This document shows positions 36,635-49,635 of a DNA stretch of 64,000 nucleotides, one piece after another. The position numbers and the translations under genes are program-made. Source of the stretch: Carcharhinus amblyrhynchos (taxonomy: Eukaryota); contig OZ336875.1 of NCBI GenBank assembly GCA_965287045.1, positions 100,626,001 through 100,690,000 on the forward strand, written 5' to 3'. How positions within the stretch are numbered: the first letter of the stretch is position 1; every line of letters begins with the position of its first letter. Below the pieces are notes generated by a model that was not told the origin of the DNA, did no database searches, and saw only the letters and a program-made list of their open reading frames with translations.

Positions 36635-39600
36635 ATGTTCTATGATAGCTGTAAAAAAAAAGCCCATTGCTTTAATCCATTTTTGAAAACTAAATTAAGT
36701 TATTATTCAAAGTAAACAATTGCAGAAACTAGCTGTTTAAGTCTTGAGCTATTTATGCACAGTGGTTCCCTATTATTACATTTTATTACCCTCATTAAGT
36801 TTTTCAAAAAGTATAATTTAAGGGAAAATATAATACAACATTGCCATCAAAGCAGCATGATGCAACATGTATGAAGTATTTTTGTTTGCAATATGATTGA
36901 TTCTTGATCCAGAATAAACAATAAATGATAATACCTGGTAATACATGGCCTTTGGGGAGAAACAGTAGTAAATTATTGGTGCTAGAATACAAGGAAAATG
37001 TTGCAACCCTTTGTTGAATATAAAAAGCAATTGCTTGAAATATAATGCTTAACAGGCTCATTAAGAAAAAATATAATTTAAAGGTTTATTTCTGTAGTAG
37101 GTAATCCCATTCTTATGGTACAGTCTTTGATTGGATAAACATATGCTTGGTTCAGACCTACCCATTGTTCTATTTTTTATTCACTATGTTTATGGAAATG
37201 CTATGTATTTTGCCGTATTCTTTATAGCTTTTACCAGGTTTTAATTGACTCTAATTCGAAACTGAGTTGTAACAGATATATGTAATCAGTCAGATTAGAT
37301 TGGGTTAAGTTGGACTTAGTAGAACATATTGGAAATTTAGCTGATACTTTTTCCCATATAATGTTTATGTAGTGATCAATTGCCGTTATAAAAATCTTAA
37401 TTCAGTCTGCATGTTCATACCTGTTAAGCTGACAATTTGAAGTATAAATGTTTTGTAATTACTTTTTTTAAGATTCCAAAGTATTTGTCTATAATTTATT
37501 AAAATGAGATATCATTAATATTGTTCACGTGAAATCCATTTTTGGCCTTGCTGTATTTTTACACATGCTTTTCATTTTCAAATGCTTATTTACTATCCCA
37601 GTTCTGGCCACTGTGCTGCTTAAAAAAAAGGCATTTGGCATTGGAAAGGATTTGTTTATAGAAATAACACATTGTTAAAGGAGTTGATTCAATTTACCAC
37701 ATTGTGCTTCTGAGAAGAGAACTAGGGGGCATGACTCACGGCTAAAGTGAGGGTATACGCTTAATACTAACTGGTTAATATTTAGGTTTGTTAATGTACA
37801 GAAACGAGTGCCTCCTTTTGAATATGGACAAGTAATTGATTTGACAGGCGTAGATGAATACCACCTTGGCACAAGAGCATGAAAAGGATGTAAATGTTAT
37901 GTGTACATTCTGAATGTAAAGGTGACACAATAATTGGGTGAGCTAGATGGCTGGATGACCTTTTTTGACTTCTACAATTTGATGAACTAGTTGGTTTTGA
38001 AAAAAAATGTCTAATGTATAAACCTGATAGGACAATCACAGTACCCAAATTCAAGCTCTTTCACCTATTAATCTAATTACAACCATTCCAGAGAATTAGA
38101 CAACCTTTAATTCAAATCAAATATCATTCCTATTTGGTTACAATCTAGAAAGTGAAAGAGAAGAGTATCCACTCATTTCAAAGGTTAGTGCTATTGAAAA
38201 AGGCAAGAAGTACATTTGTGTCACTTGGAGATAATTTGGCATATGATGTGAAGGTATTAGCCTTAATGCCTGAAAGAAAACTGTCAGTAAGTAATGGGAA
38301 AAACTCTATTGCAAGGAAAACAATGAAACCTTTACTTAATGCACTTTCCTTGTTTCATCTCTTAAGCGTTTCAAAATGCCACTTTGTCAGCAGATTTATG
38401 TAGCTTTCCTGGAGGTTGGGGAGATGCACAGCTATAACATGAAACACAGCCAGTTTTGATGAGCTTGCACATGCGTGTTACCTGAATTAGTTGTTGTAAA
38501 ATATTTACAGAGCAGTCTGGAATCACTTTGAACCAAAGTATTTGTGTTCACATATGAACAGTGATCACGACCTTGAGAAAATAATATAAAGGACCCTGGT
38601 TATCAGTTTAGACAGCTAGGTTAAAACGGAAAAGTATTTCCTTTTTAATGCCCTTCAGATGGCACCTACACCCACCACTTGAGAGGCATTCAACATTCTG
38701 ACAAGACCACTCTTTCGCATTGTTCATACTTGAGAAGAAACTTATATCTGCATTCTTTCAGCCTAAAGCCCTTTAGATCTTGTTTCTTTTTTCCTGTGCT
38801 CTTTATAAGATGCAAATAACATAATTGTGTATTTGTGAATCCTAAATGTGGTTGGGAGTCTCCCCAGTACAAGAATTTTAAACATTAAATGTGACAACAG
38901 CAACAACTTATAAATACTTAACATTCCCATCTTATTACACAAATTACTGACTTGGGAACTAATTTTACAAAGTCGTGAAAATATTTTTCCTTCAAATGGA
39001 CATTTTGCAGCATTCAAAGTTTGATTTTGTGTTGCTGAAAATAAACTGCCTTCTTTGTGAAAGTGAAAAAGAATCTTATCCAAGCTATCCGGGAAGCCAT
39101 CAAAATAATTTCTGAAAAATATACAGATAGACAGTAATGCCAAAAAAGACCAGCTGGTAATCAAAACTGTCCCATTGCTTTGTCATTCTTTATGCCTCAT
39201 TTCATGAGACTACATATTTTTCCAGTTGCCATGCAATAGTGAAAAGCCAAATCAAAAATCCCAGGCCAATTTTAGGGGTAAAAATATGAAAAAAATACCT
39301 TCACGATCTTTCCAGACAATCAGTACTGATCTAGAAGGCCATGTTGACCATAACATTTGGTACCTACCTCTTGTATAATACAGTCACTGTCCCAGTTAGG
39401 CATTGATCCATTTCTCTCCATTACTGTAAGCACTGTAGCCTCTAGACAGCACAGGCGCATGGCTGTTTCTTATATGTTCCGGATATTGCAATAAACCAGT
39501 CAAGCACAACAAAGAAAAACCAAAAAGAACATTAACCAGCAACTTTTCTTTTGTTAAAGCCAGAGGAGCACACTGTTTTCTGTCATCTCCACAACAATAC

Positions 39601-40149
39601 ATTAAACTTTATTTGCTGAGCTTCTGTCTGGTTGGACCTATCTGGCCGATACAGGGAAGAGCATGCATGGCACATGCACTGCAGTGTTGTTCTAAATGTC
39701 AATGGATACCTGTAGACTTTATTTGCATATGAAGTTTGCACATTTGCGAATCACCTAATACACAGGGGCACTCCAATCATTTAGTGGTAAGCCCAAAGGA
39801 AGATAAGAGTGGCCACTTTGCAGCAAAGAAAAGCAAAGTGTTAACCACCACCACCACCACCACAATACCTTCCCCCCACCCCCCAATTATTTATGGATGC
39901 CTGGACTCTGTTTCAACTCGTCTTCAGCATCTCCACCAATGAATAGACCGTCATAATGTTTTAACTACATGCTGACAGTCCCAAAGTTTTGTCATCAAAC
40001 AAAGAAATTTAGAGCAATAGTCAAGACTGTGCAATAGGATGTGATGCTACAGCCTCACATTTAAAAATGAACTCCTTGTAACATATCTGTTGAACTGCTG
40101 AAGTGGCTGTGACTTTGAGGGAGCAAACCAGATCATTATAAATGGATAT

Positions 40150-40540
40150 TTCTTGTCTTTGTGCAATATCTACGTGGAGGTCAATTTGAAAATTATGCTT
40201 GATCTCTTTCTGTTCCACATCTTCATTAATGATCTGATTGGTATCAGCAAAAGTAACATTGTTCTCTTTTCTGATGAAGCCACCCTCCAGAGAGTAGTTT
40301 AGTTCTCATCTGAAATCGAGTAGCATCTGAATCACTGCAGGTGGATGTAGACAAAATTAGACAGTGGCTGGATAAATGGTGTGTATCTTCAGTGCTGACA
40401 AGATCCAAGTAATAGCTCTATCAAGAAAGATTGACCATAATGTTGCCTATCCATCTATACTGTATAGGATAGCAACCTCTCTTTAGTTATAAAAATTCAC
40501 CTGCTTGAAATTGCAATTACACTGGATCTACAAGAGCGCA
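40150..40540 (+). mobile_element. Old CR1/L2-group RT remnant
   Basis: HIFINDLIGISKSNIVLFSDEATL...ESLQVDVDKIRQWLDKW (FIND/FADD region). Confidence 0.7.
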
Positions 40541-40589
40541 AAAAATAAGCAGGTAGCTGAGAAAAAAAAGTAGCGTTACAGTTTTAATC

Positions 40590-41292
40590 GTGAGCCCTAT
40601 TTGTCACTGTGGCCCCTCCAGCGGGGTTTAGCATAACTCCCTACTTTCGGGGAGCTTGCGACCCAACCCCGGTGGAGTGAAGGGGGGCAATTGGTGCCCC
40701 CCCACAAGATTGGTGGGGGATGCCCCTTGGCATTGCCACCTTGGCAGCACCAGCCTCTGCCAGTGGCACGGCCCAACAGGGAGAGTGCCAATGCCTGGGC
40801 CACTGCCCATCAGCCATGGAGCAGTACCAAGGCGGCAGGGCTAGGGGGCAGAGTGGGAGGGGGTTTGTTAGGTGGATCAGCCTGCTGTGAAGGTTGGGAT
40901 GGTGGCGGGGTGGGGGGGGGCGTTACTGTTTGGGGGGGTGGAATCAGGGTGTTGGGGGGACAGGGGAGGGCTGGTCCGGCAATGGTCGTGGGGGCCAGCA
41001 GTTGGGCTGTGGAGGTCTCACGTACAGCTTTGTGGGGATCACGAAGCTGGCCAGCAATTGGTAGGCTGGCAGTCAGGGACCACTGTGCGTGCACCGATCC
41101 CAGTGCTGGCAGAGTGGCGCATGTGTAGTGCCCCACTCAATGCTATGCTGCCGGCCTCTCCAGCGGGAATAGGCCCTGCCCACTGAATGTGGGAGATTCT
41201 CCTCTGAACTCCCATTGAAAAAAAAACAGCATGAATTACTCCAACTTTCACATGAATTCGACACTTAGAATTTTTTTGGAAGAATTCCGGCC
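40590..41292. mobile_element. GC-rich non-autonomous repeat with Harbinger-like terminus
   Basis: Abrupt GC-rich block ending ggaagaattccggcc. Similar blocks lie at about 11315-11940, 23890-24640, 49935-50648, 51820-52440 and 61745-62625. Confidence 0.6.
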
Positions 41293-41779
41293 ATGGTCTT
41301 TCGTGAAATTACGACTGTGTAGACACCTCAAAATTACTTGTGTTTTAGGCAAACCTCAATGTTTTCACCAGGGACAGACAAGCTGTGTCATGTGCAATTA
41401 ACCTCCTTGTCTTGAAATTTTATGCAGTGAGTTACATTTTAACACTGCTCCACTTTCATTCCAGTGGAAAATAGTTGCACCTGCTGATGGTAGGATGAGT
41501 ATTTACATGAGCAGTCCCTTGATGAGCTCATTGGCATATACACTGGAGTAGTAACTCAGAAAATGGGTGTAATTCGCTGGGGTGCATGGAAATTGGAAAG
41601 CAGCTTTGGAAACACTAGTTCCAGTTGAGGATTTCAACAACTACAGCTGCAGGTAAGAAAGGAACATTGTTTTGCTCACTTTGACTGTTAGTCAGCTTGG
41701 CTGCTTGTGTCAGCAATGTTTTTGTGCCACGTTTCAAGAATGTTTAACTCCGGATCAGTTGGCACAAGGAAAGCCAAGA

Positions 41780-41995
41780 TATAACATGGAGCAAAAGAAG
41801 ATGTCACAATTTTTCATGCATGAAGCTCTTAAAAGAAATAGTGCAAAGACAGTGTACTGGGCACCCATGAACGTAAACCTTCCTTCCAAAGATATTACCT
41901 GTGGTATAAGGAAGGAGGTGGCACAAGCACCGAGTGTCAACTACGTTATCTCCAGAATTGCACTCAATGCTTAAGAACTGATCAAAGCGGTCAAA
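41780..41995 (+). pseudogene. Harbinger Myb/SANT-like DNA-binding ORF remnant
   Basis: MEQKKMSQFFMHEALKR...KEVAQAPSVNYVISRIA resembles the trihelix ORF of Harbinger elements and lies about 1 kb upstream of a transposase remnant. Confidence 0.45.
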
Positions 41996-43079
41996 ATAAC
42001 AAAAATGCCACACTCATTTCTTTTTTGCTGAACACCCGCACTCTTCACACACTAAAATAGATTGTTCAAGTAATCATTCAGAATGCATTCTGATTAGGGG
42101 TGCTGGTGAGGCAGTAGGTCGCAATCGAGTAGCCTTGCGTCCAGCCACACAAACAGCAATTACTGGCTTGCATGGCTCAAAAACCTCAACAGAATAACGT
42201 TAAATCTCTTACTTCCGTTCTCCCATCATACAAGGTACATACTTCTGGGTTGCTGGCCTTCATCTAGTTCACTCATTTTTGTAATTAAGATTAAGTGGTA
42301 GGCCACGAAATAGAAAAAGCTGCACTTATCAAGGGAGAAGGGAAGCTGGAAGCAAGTTGGGGGAAATTTTAGCCAAACAGGTGAGTGAATTTAGGAGCAA
42401 GCTAAAAGAATTGAAATTTCTGGCAGCAACCCATTTACTTTCGGCTTTAATGTCAGTGCATATGGCTACATGGTGTATATCCCCTAGGAGAGGTGTTTCC
42501 AATGTTACTATAAACAAAAGGCAATTGGCAGTGGTTTTGTGTTTTTAAATTGAATGCCGAGGGTTTTTCAGATGTCCTGGAACTCATCAGTGAAAGCAAA
42601 GTGAGAGGACAATAGGGATTGAGGAGCTGAACCAACAGCAGTCAAAACTTCCTCTAAGTACACAGGCTACACAACTACCTTCCTACGTGGAGTTACGGGG
42701 ATAGGGCCTGGGTAGGACTGTTATCAATGCAGACTCAACGGGCTGAATGGTCTCTGACACTGTCGGAATTCTGTGATTCTACGATTCCTTCCTAAGTGAA
42801 AGAACTTTGCTGACAGCACTTGTTCTGAGATTGTGCTACCTTGGAGGTTATTTCCAATACCTTGGAGATATCTGGAGTTGTGTGTGTTTGGTCTACACTT
42901 AGCATCTATGAAATAGCAGGGCAGCAGTGCAGCATGAATGCAGCTTTACCTTGGGCTTCAGATAAGGACCAAGGTGAGCAGTAGGAATAACTGCAACCTT
43001 CTCTTCAGCCTACTACTTCATATGTGTTCAGTGTAGGGATGCAACTTGCAGGAGGCAATGCCTCTAACACTGGGTTTAG

Positions 43080-43555
43080 TCAGAGGATCAGCTTCCTGGA
43101 CACATTCAAGCACATTTGCAGCCTCCTGTCAAATGGAGCAGGTGGGCACGCATTATCAGTAGTTGCAAAATATGCCATTGCCTTTAATTTATTTGCCTCT
43201 CACTCCATCCAGGGACCTGCAGGAGATATTTGCAGAACCTTGCAATCTTCTGCACACTAATGCGTCAAACAGGTGACCAGTACTATGCATGTTAGGACCT
43301 GGAATTATGCACAGTTTGCTACCAACAAGACCAGTCAGAATGACTGTGTGGCTCTGACTGGCATCCACACGTGTAGCGAATCATGGACAGTGTATGTGTA
43401 ATAGCGCAGCCCCAGATCACTCTGGAGCCTTTGTTAATCACAAATACTTCAATGAGCAGCTCATTTGAAACCCAATAAAGGTCATCTTCCATGTTTATGC
43501 AAGATTTCTATGGAGATGCCATGAAGATACTTTGATCCTGTAGCAGTCAAAGAGA
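43080..43555 (+). pseudogene. PIF/Harbinger (HARBI1-like) transposase remnant
   Basis: GHALSVVAKYAIAFNLFASHSIQGPAGDICRTLQSSAH*CVKQVT, then after frameshifts AFVNHKYFNEQLI..IFHVYARFLWRCHEDTLIL; colinear with the Harbinger HTH and DDE region. Confidence 0.85.
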
Positions 43556-43774
43556 GATTCAATCAAAACCAACTGAACATGAAAGCTATCGTTAAACATA
43601 ATCAGGATACTGAAAATATGCTTCCAGTGGCTAACCAGTGGGGCACCCATCAGTATGCACTAGTCCAGCTATTGCAGAATGATAGAGGTGTGCTGACCCA
43701 TGCACGGCATAATGCAACAGCAAGAACTGCAGCTCCAGGAATGCTGAACACACTGAGGCGGGGTGGGGGTGGGT

Positions 43775-43905
43775 GGGTTCTGTATTTTCACATTCTGTCT
43801 ACCATGCGATTCCCATGGCGGGCAGGAGGGCGGACCATGCAAAGGTCCGTTGACCTCGGGCGGGATTTTCCAGTTTTGGGGCAAGCACAGCTGGAAAATC
43901 CATGG
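43775..43905 (+). mobile_element. MITE family A
   Basis: ccatgcaaaggtccgttgacctcgggcgggattttccagttttggggcaagc...ggaaaatcc; homologous to 31438-31571, 44830-44977, 45805-45943 and 60710-60832 (-). Confidence 0.75.
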
Positions 43906-44227
43906 GTGCGTATGGTGGCTTAATTTTGGCATGCTTTAGTTAGGATGAAGGAATGAACTCACCTGGCTGTCAAAATCTGGTCTCCCATTCTCCCAATTAA
44001 AAAAAACTAAACTACAATCAACAAAGCATCAGTGTACAAACACCCATTGTTCATTTTTACAAATGAAAATTACTTGCCAGGTAACAGAAAAAAATGGACA
44101 ATACAGAAAATTGTGCAAACAAACAGTTTTAGTCTTACAGAAAAATGAAGCAGAAACCTAACAATCTAACAATGTGTTAACTGTTCATGTGCCTTCCATT
44201 GTGCAACTCCAATTATTTACTATAATA

Positions 44228-44545
44228 AAAACAATGCTGTAAATCTGAAATAAAAACAGAAAATGCTGAAAGAAAGGTTCTGCTGAAGTCTCATAGGACT
44301 TGACGCTAATTCTCAGCAGGATCCCCACCCCTGTGACATGTTTTTGCAACAGCGGAGGCAAGCAGGATCTTCCGGTCTCACCATTGTTTGCACCCATCAC
44401 TGCCAGGGAACCTGCATCAGGGTTTGCCATTGGCAGGATCTTCTGGAAGATCCCGCTGACGGAAATGGCTGGAAAATTCCAGCCAATGTTTCACTCTTCA
44501 CAGATGTTGCCAGGTCTGCTGAGATTTTCCAGCATTGTCTGTTTT
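44228..44545. mobile_element. Second Penelope-like palindromic repeat, interrupted by a MITE (about 44310-44484)
   Basis: aaaacagaaaatgctg...cagcattgtctgtttt inverted ends, cacagatgttgccaggtctgctgag, decayed core CTGcTGAagtc-tcatag-gact at 44280-44300. Confidence 0.6.
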
Positions 44546-46239
44546 AATTACAATTCTATATTTTTCCTTTCTGTACTACTCCTAGGTGTTGCAGCCCTGT
44601 GCTTTCACCAGAGGTAGGTGCCGACTGTGTATAAACCTCTTCCCTCAGATGCTCCTGGCTGATGTCTTCTGGGCTTTGGAGCCTTTGAGGGCCCCAACAA
44701 AGACAGCCCATCAGAACAAGAGCCAAAAGGTGGGGCACTGACAAACTGACTGGGGCAGACAGTGGAAGTGCTTTGAGCAGAGTCCTCACTTCCATGTCCC
44801 TTTTTCTCCATCTTCACTCTTGTGCCTTGCCTGGACTTCTGTGTAACATTAAGCCGGAGAACACTTTGCTCCACATTGGTGAAGTGAAAAACCAAGACTC
44901 GGGGTGGAACGTGGAACGGTCTGTTGACTGGGTGGGATTTTATGATTTTGGGACCAGTGAGGCTGTAAAATCCCATCCAAGGAGTATGTATGAGGTTTGG
45001 GTCTAATGACCCTAAAGCAATGGACAGCCTTCTCCTCACCCACTCCCTTTTCTCTCCATTCCTTTGGTGTTCTTGGCCTCTGTGGTATCATCCAGTGCCA
45101 CATCCTCATGAACACCACCTAATTGCCCTCAGCTGAATGCATCTAAGCTGGTATGTGGGAGTGAGAAAGCAGGAGATCCGGTGTATAATACTGAGAGTTG
45201 GGGCAAGGGAACACAGGGCGAGGTCATGCTTGAAGGGACTCCAAGGTGTCCTCGGCTTCATTAACTTTTCTTCATCATAATTATAACATATTGTACAGAA
45301 AACCAAGGAGAGGCAGATAAAGAGAGAGGGCCCTTCAGCCATTTTTATCTTGACAGCTGCAGAAGTATGGTGCTGCAAATAAACTGTACCTCAGTGTTCT
45401 TGGCCTTTCAAAATGGGCATCCTGTTACTTAGTGAGAGAATCGACTATTACAGAACCAGATTCCAATGTCATTTCCATCATTGTATCATCTGTAAACTGT
45501 TAAAACTTTGTTGGCTACTTCTTCAGGAAGGCTGCGCCTCTTTCAATATAATCAGCACCAAAACCTGTGTAATCTGATTGACGTCTGTTAAGTCAGCTGG
45601 CTTGCTTGACTGGACGTGACCTGTGGTGGTCAGCAGTAAAGTGGGCTTATAAATCATACCCCACTGATGTTGATTTTGCATCCTTGTTATACCATAAGCT
45701 AAAAATACATCTGGCAACAAGATGAAAAAAAACCATCATAAATAAGTGCAGTATATTTCATAGTGGTTTTCTTTAGTGTGGACGAATAATAACTCTAAAT
45801 ACTTTGGTGCAAATTTTCCAGTCCTGCCTACTGTAGGATTCTTTACAGGCGGAATGGACAATTTGATGGACCATTTTAAAGGTCTTACGATCTTGAGCAG
45901 GAATTTCCGATTTTGAGGTTGGTGAAACTGGACAATCCCGCCCTGTGTTTTATATTGTGCGATTTAGAACATTTGTATTTGAGCAATTTTTCAAAGGGAA
46001 AGTACACCAGTAATTAGAATCTGATGTGGTGTGTATGAATATGAAATTTATTTTCTGAAGATTATATTGGTTGCTAAGGAATATATTTAGATACCATCAG
46101 GGAGGTCCCAGGGTAATGCTTCAGGTGCTTGGAGCATTAATGACATGCACATGAAACAACTGTGGATGTTAACGTAGTCCCTGTTGGGGGACTGCAGCAC
46201 ACCTGCACCTAAGGGAACGACACCTATACCTGAATTGGC

Positions 46240-46480
46240 TGATGTCAGCACACTCTTTATGGGTTCTGACAGAATCATTCAACAGCAGAGATCACTGCAG
46301 AATTGATTCTGACATGAATGCAAGAACTGAGTACCAAGAAGAGTGGAGAGCAGCTGTTCTTGACATCAAGCCAGTGTTCAACCTGAGATCCCAGCAAGGA
46401 GCCTTAGCAAAGTTGAAGTCAATGAGGGTCAAAGGGAAACCTGTCCAAGAAGATGGTTGTAGCTGATGGGGACCAATTAT
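46240..46480 (+). mobile_element. L2/CR1-group LINE RT fragment
   Basis: RAAVLDIKPVFNLRSQQGALAKLKSMRVKGK resembles the ALDI..AFD.VWH RT motif region; same family as 58383-60285. Confidence 0.7.
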
Positions 46481-48364
46481 CTCAGCTACAGTCCCAATTT
46501 TCATCCCATTGACTTCCTCGCTAACTTTCATAGGCCTGCGTTACAATCTTCAAAAATGCTGTTCAAATTCTGCTGGGAAAAACTAGGGTTTTGGCTAGTA
46601 TTATTTTGATTCCAAAGAACATTTAAAATAGTATGGCAGCAAAACATTAATTTATTATAAGGTATCTGCTAACCATCCTCTTCCCCCTGCCACCCTCGCA
46701 ATTAAGGAGTTGTTGAACATAGTTAGTATTTGTTTATTGGAAAGGAAAAATAATTTTTTATTCCTTCATGGGATTTTGGTGTCACCAGCAATAGTTCCAA
46801 GTTAGGATGGTGAGTGGCGTGGGAGAGAATTTGTATAAGGTGGTGTTCCCATGAATCCTTGTACTTCAAGATCATAGATATTTTGGGTCTGAAACTTGAG
46901 ATTATACGTACAACAGTAACCAAGGGCGTAGTTTTCTGGCTCATCCCGCTGGCGGGATTTGGGTCCTGCCAGTGGTGACCACCTCCCCTCATGGCAAGTT
47001 CCCTGGCTGTAGAATGGTTCAAGCTACGGAATAAGCCATTGACAGCAGTAGGGCTAAAGGATCCCGCCACCAGTCAATGAAGGGCCACCTCTGGCATTGC
47101 AAAATAGCGTACTGGGGCAAAAAGCTCCACACCAAGTAAGCAGTGTGAATCGTTATTCAGGATAAAAATATAATGTATAATCTTGTAGAAGGGGCAAGGA
47201 TCTAAGCCATTGACTGGAGAGGTGACAAGATCCCACGTTGGCTATTTCCAAGAAACCATCCAGTTTTCATTTTCACTAAATTTAAGTTATCTACCCCTTG
47301 TCTTCTTGAGGATGTGACATTATAAGTCGATGGTGGAAAGTCTTATACCTGGACTTCTCGAAGTATTTGACAGGCCACTAGTTCAGAGTTCAACACATTA
47401 CTGCTTTCAATTTACATCAACAATTTGAATTCAGAAACTCTAAACAAATCACTTCAGCAATTAACATACCAAGTGGAATGGTAAATTATGTACTCAGATG
47501 GGACAGATTGGAACTCATTGGGTCAATGTCCCATGTTGAAAAGATACTGCAGAGATGCCTGGTACGATATTGCTTCAGGTGATTTTTGAGGCAACCCTGG
47601 CAACAGCCTAAATCAATTGTAAGGCTTCTCACATCTGCGAATTAGCGGCATACATTTCTTTTTATCTCCTTCTATTAAATTTGATATTGCAGAGTAGTAA
47701 GGAGGCAGACTTTCTCCACCTGACGTTCTTCAGTCACTGAAGACCATTATATCCACCTGTACCAGGTAAGGTTTCATAGAAACATTTTTAAAAATCATCA
47801 CTATGGAGCCAGGAGAAGAAATGGTTCACCATCTCCATAGTGCTCCAGCTGACCCCTTATTTCCTGATTTTATAGCACATTCATGTTGATGAATGGACAA
47901 AACTGCCTGTGAATGAAGCGTAAGCTCTGGAAGTTAATCAGTTAATATTAATGAAGTCTTGTGTTTGGGTTATCTGTTTCAAGCATGTGTTGTGACTGCA
48001 TCACCAATATCCTTTCTCAGAACCAGGCACTGATAAATTTATACTCCAAGTCAGAGGAAGACATGCTAAAACTCGACAAGATCTATATCCGGTTCTGGTT
48101 ACCAAGACACGAGAGAGACATTCAATTCTTGATGGTTTTCAAAGAGAAACCACACAGTTGACCTACAGGGTCAAAGGTAAGAGACCTGAGCCGTGTAGAA
48201 AAATGAAAAATTTTTCTATTCTCCATCTTTACATGACGGCCATGCCGCAAGGCTCAACTAGATTTATTGAGGCATCCTGTCTTTTGCATACACGTAGGTG
48301 CAAAGAGAGTCAGACAGTAGATTGGAAATGTTTTTTTTCCACTACTTATACTATTTACGTTCCT

Positions 48365-48665
48365 GGCACTTTGGCACAGTGGTTAGCACTGCTGCCTCAC
48401 AATGCCAAGGACCCAGGTTTGATTCCCATCTTGGGTCACTGTCTGTGCGGAGTCTGCACGTTCTCCACGTGTCTGCACGTTCTCCCTGTGTCTGCACGGG
48501 CTTCTCCAGGTGCTCTGGTTTCCTCCCACAGTCCAAAAGACATGCTGGATAGTTGCATTGGCCATGCTAAATTCCCCTAGAGTGTGGCAAGTAGGGGATT
48601 TTTGCAGTAACTTCATTGCAGTGTTGATGCAAGCCTACTTCTGATGCTAATAAATAAACTTTAAA
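48365..48665 (+). mobile_element. HE1-type SINE (Rex1-like tail), full length, with a small internal duplication
   Basis: tggcacagtggttagcactgctgcctcac...; tctgcacgttctcc present twice; tail cagtaacttcattgcagtgttgatgcaagcctacttctgatgctaataaataaacttt. Confidence 0.92.
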
Positions 48666-49334
48666 ACATTGAGTACTGTTACAATATTGTGGGGAAGTCC
48701 CAAGGGCTCATAATAGATTGAGGAGATCTGACCCATTAGATCTTCATCTCCATTTCCTGTTTGTCATAGGAATTGAATGTTCCCCAAAGAAAGTTAAGCT
48801 GAAAGTCTGTCATATTGCATGCAGTTTCAAATACCGTGTCTTCAAACATCATTGACAAACAGCAGCAAGGATATTTTTAACAATAGTTTTGAAGGTTCTC
48901 AGAACTGAGTTTCCATGTATTGCTAGAATGGCTGCCTAATGAAAGCCTAAGCAAGTATTTCAGATTGTGCTGTACTCACAGAACGAGTGTAAATCCCCAG
49001 AGCCAACAAATCTCATGATTCCCTCTCCCACCAAATAGATTGTGCACATGTTGAATAGGTTTCTGGCAAAAGCACCGATTGCAACTTTCAGAAAGAACAG
49101 CCAGATAAATGCCTGTTTCAAACAGGTTTAATGGTTATATTGTTTGGTATAGATCATCATCAACTCCATGGAGCTTGGTAATTCACATACTTCTGGGTCT
49201 TTTGAAAGAGTTACGAGCATCTTTAAAACAACTGGTCATGTTTGAGTAATGTGCTTATAGAGAAAATTGGTAGATGAGTATTTTGTTTGATAAGGAGGAA
49301 GATTCAAGGATCTCTAGTTTGTTGCGGCATATTA

Positions 49335-49635
49335 AAACATAGAAGATAAGATTAATAGGCCATTTGGCCCTTTGAGTCTGCTGTGCTATTCATTATGATC
49401 ATAGCTGATCTTCCAACTCAGCCTGATCCTGCCTTCCCCTCGCTGTCTAATATCCTTGATCCCTTTCATCCCAACAACTATATCTGGCTCTTTGAAAACC
49501 TACAATATTTTGGCCTCAACCTCTTTCTGCGGTAGTGAATTCCACAGGCTGACCACTGTCTGGATGAAGAAATTTCTCCTCATCTGAGTCCTAAAAGGTT
49601 TATCCAATATCCTTAGACTATGAACCCTGGTTCTG
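49335..49635 (-). mobile_element. CR1 3' end
   Basis: aacatagaagataag...ggccatttggccctttgag...gaattccacaggctgaccactgtctggatgaagaaatttctcctcatc. Confidence 0.85.

Noticed and set aside
40590-41292. CpG island or promoter
   Set aside because: G-rich rather than CpG-rich, ends in a transposon-like terminus and resembles other dispersed GC-rich blocks in the window.
47693-47765. Exon candidate ending in cag|gtaagg
   Set aside because: From the good acceptor all three frames hit stops. The frame-preserving acceptor is purine-rich, and the region lies among decayed CR1 fragments (about 47300-49320).
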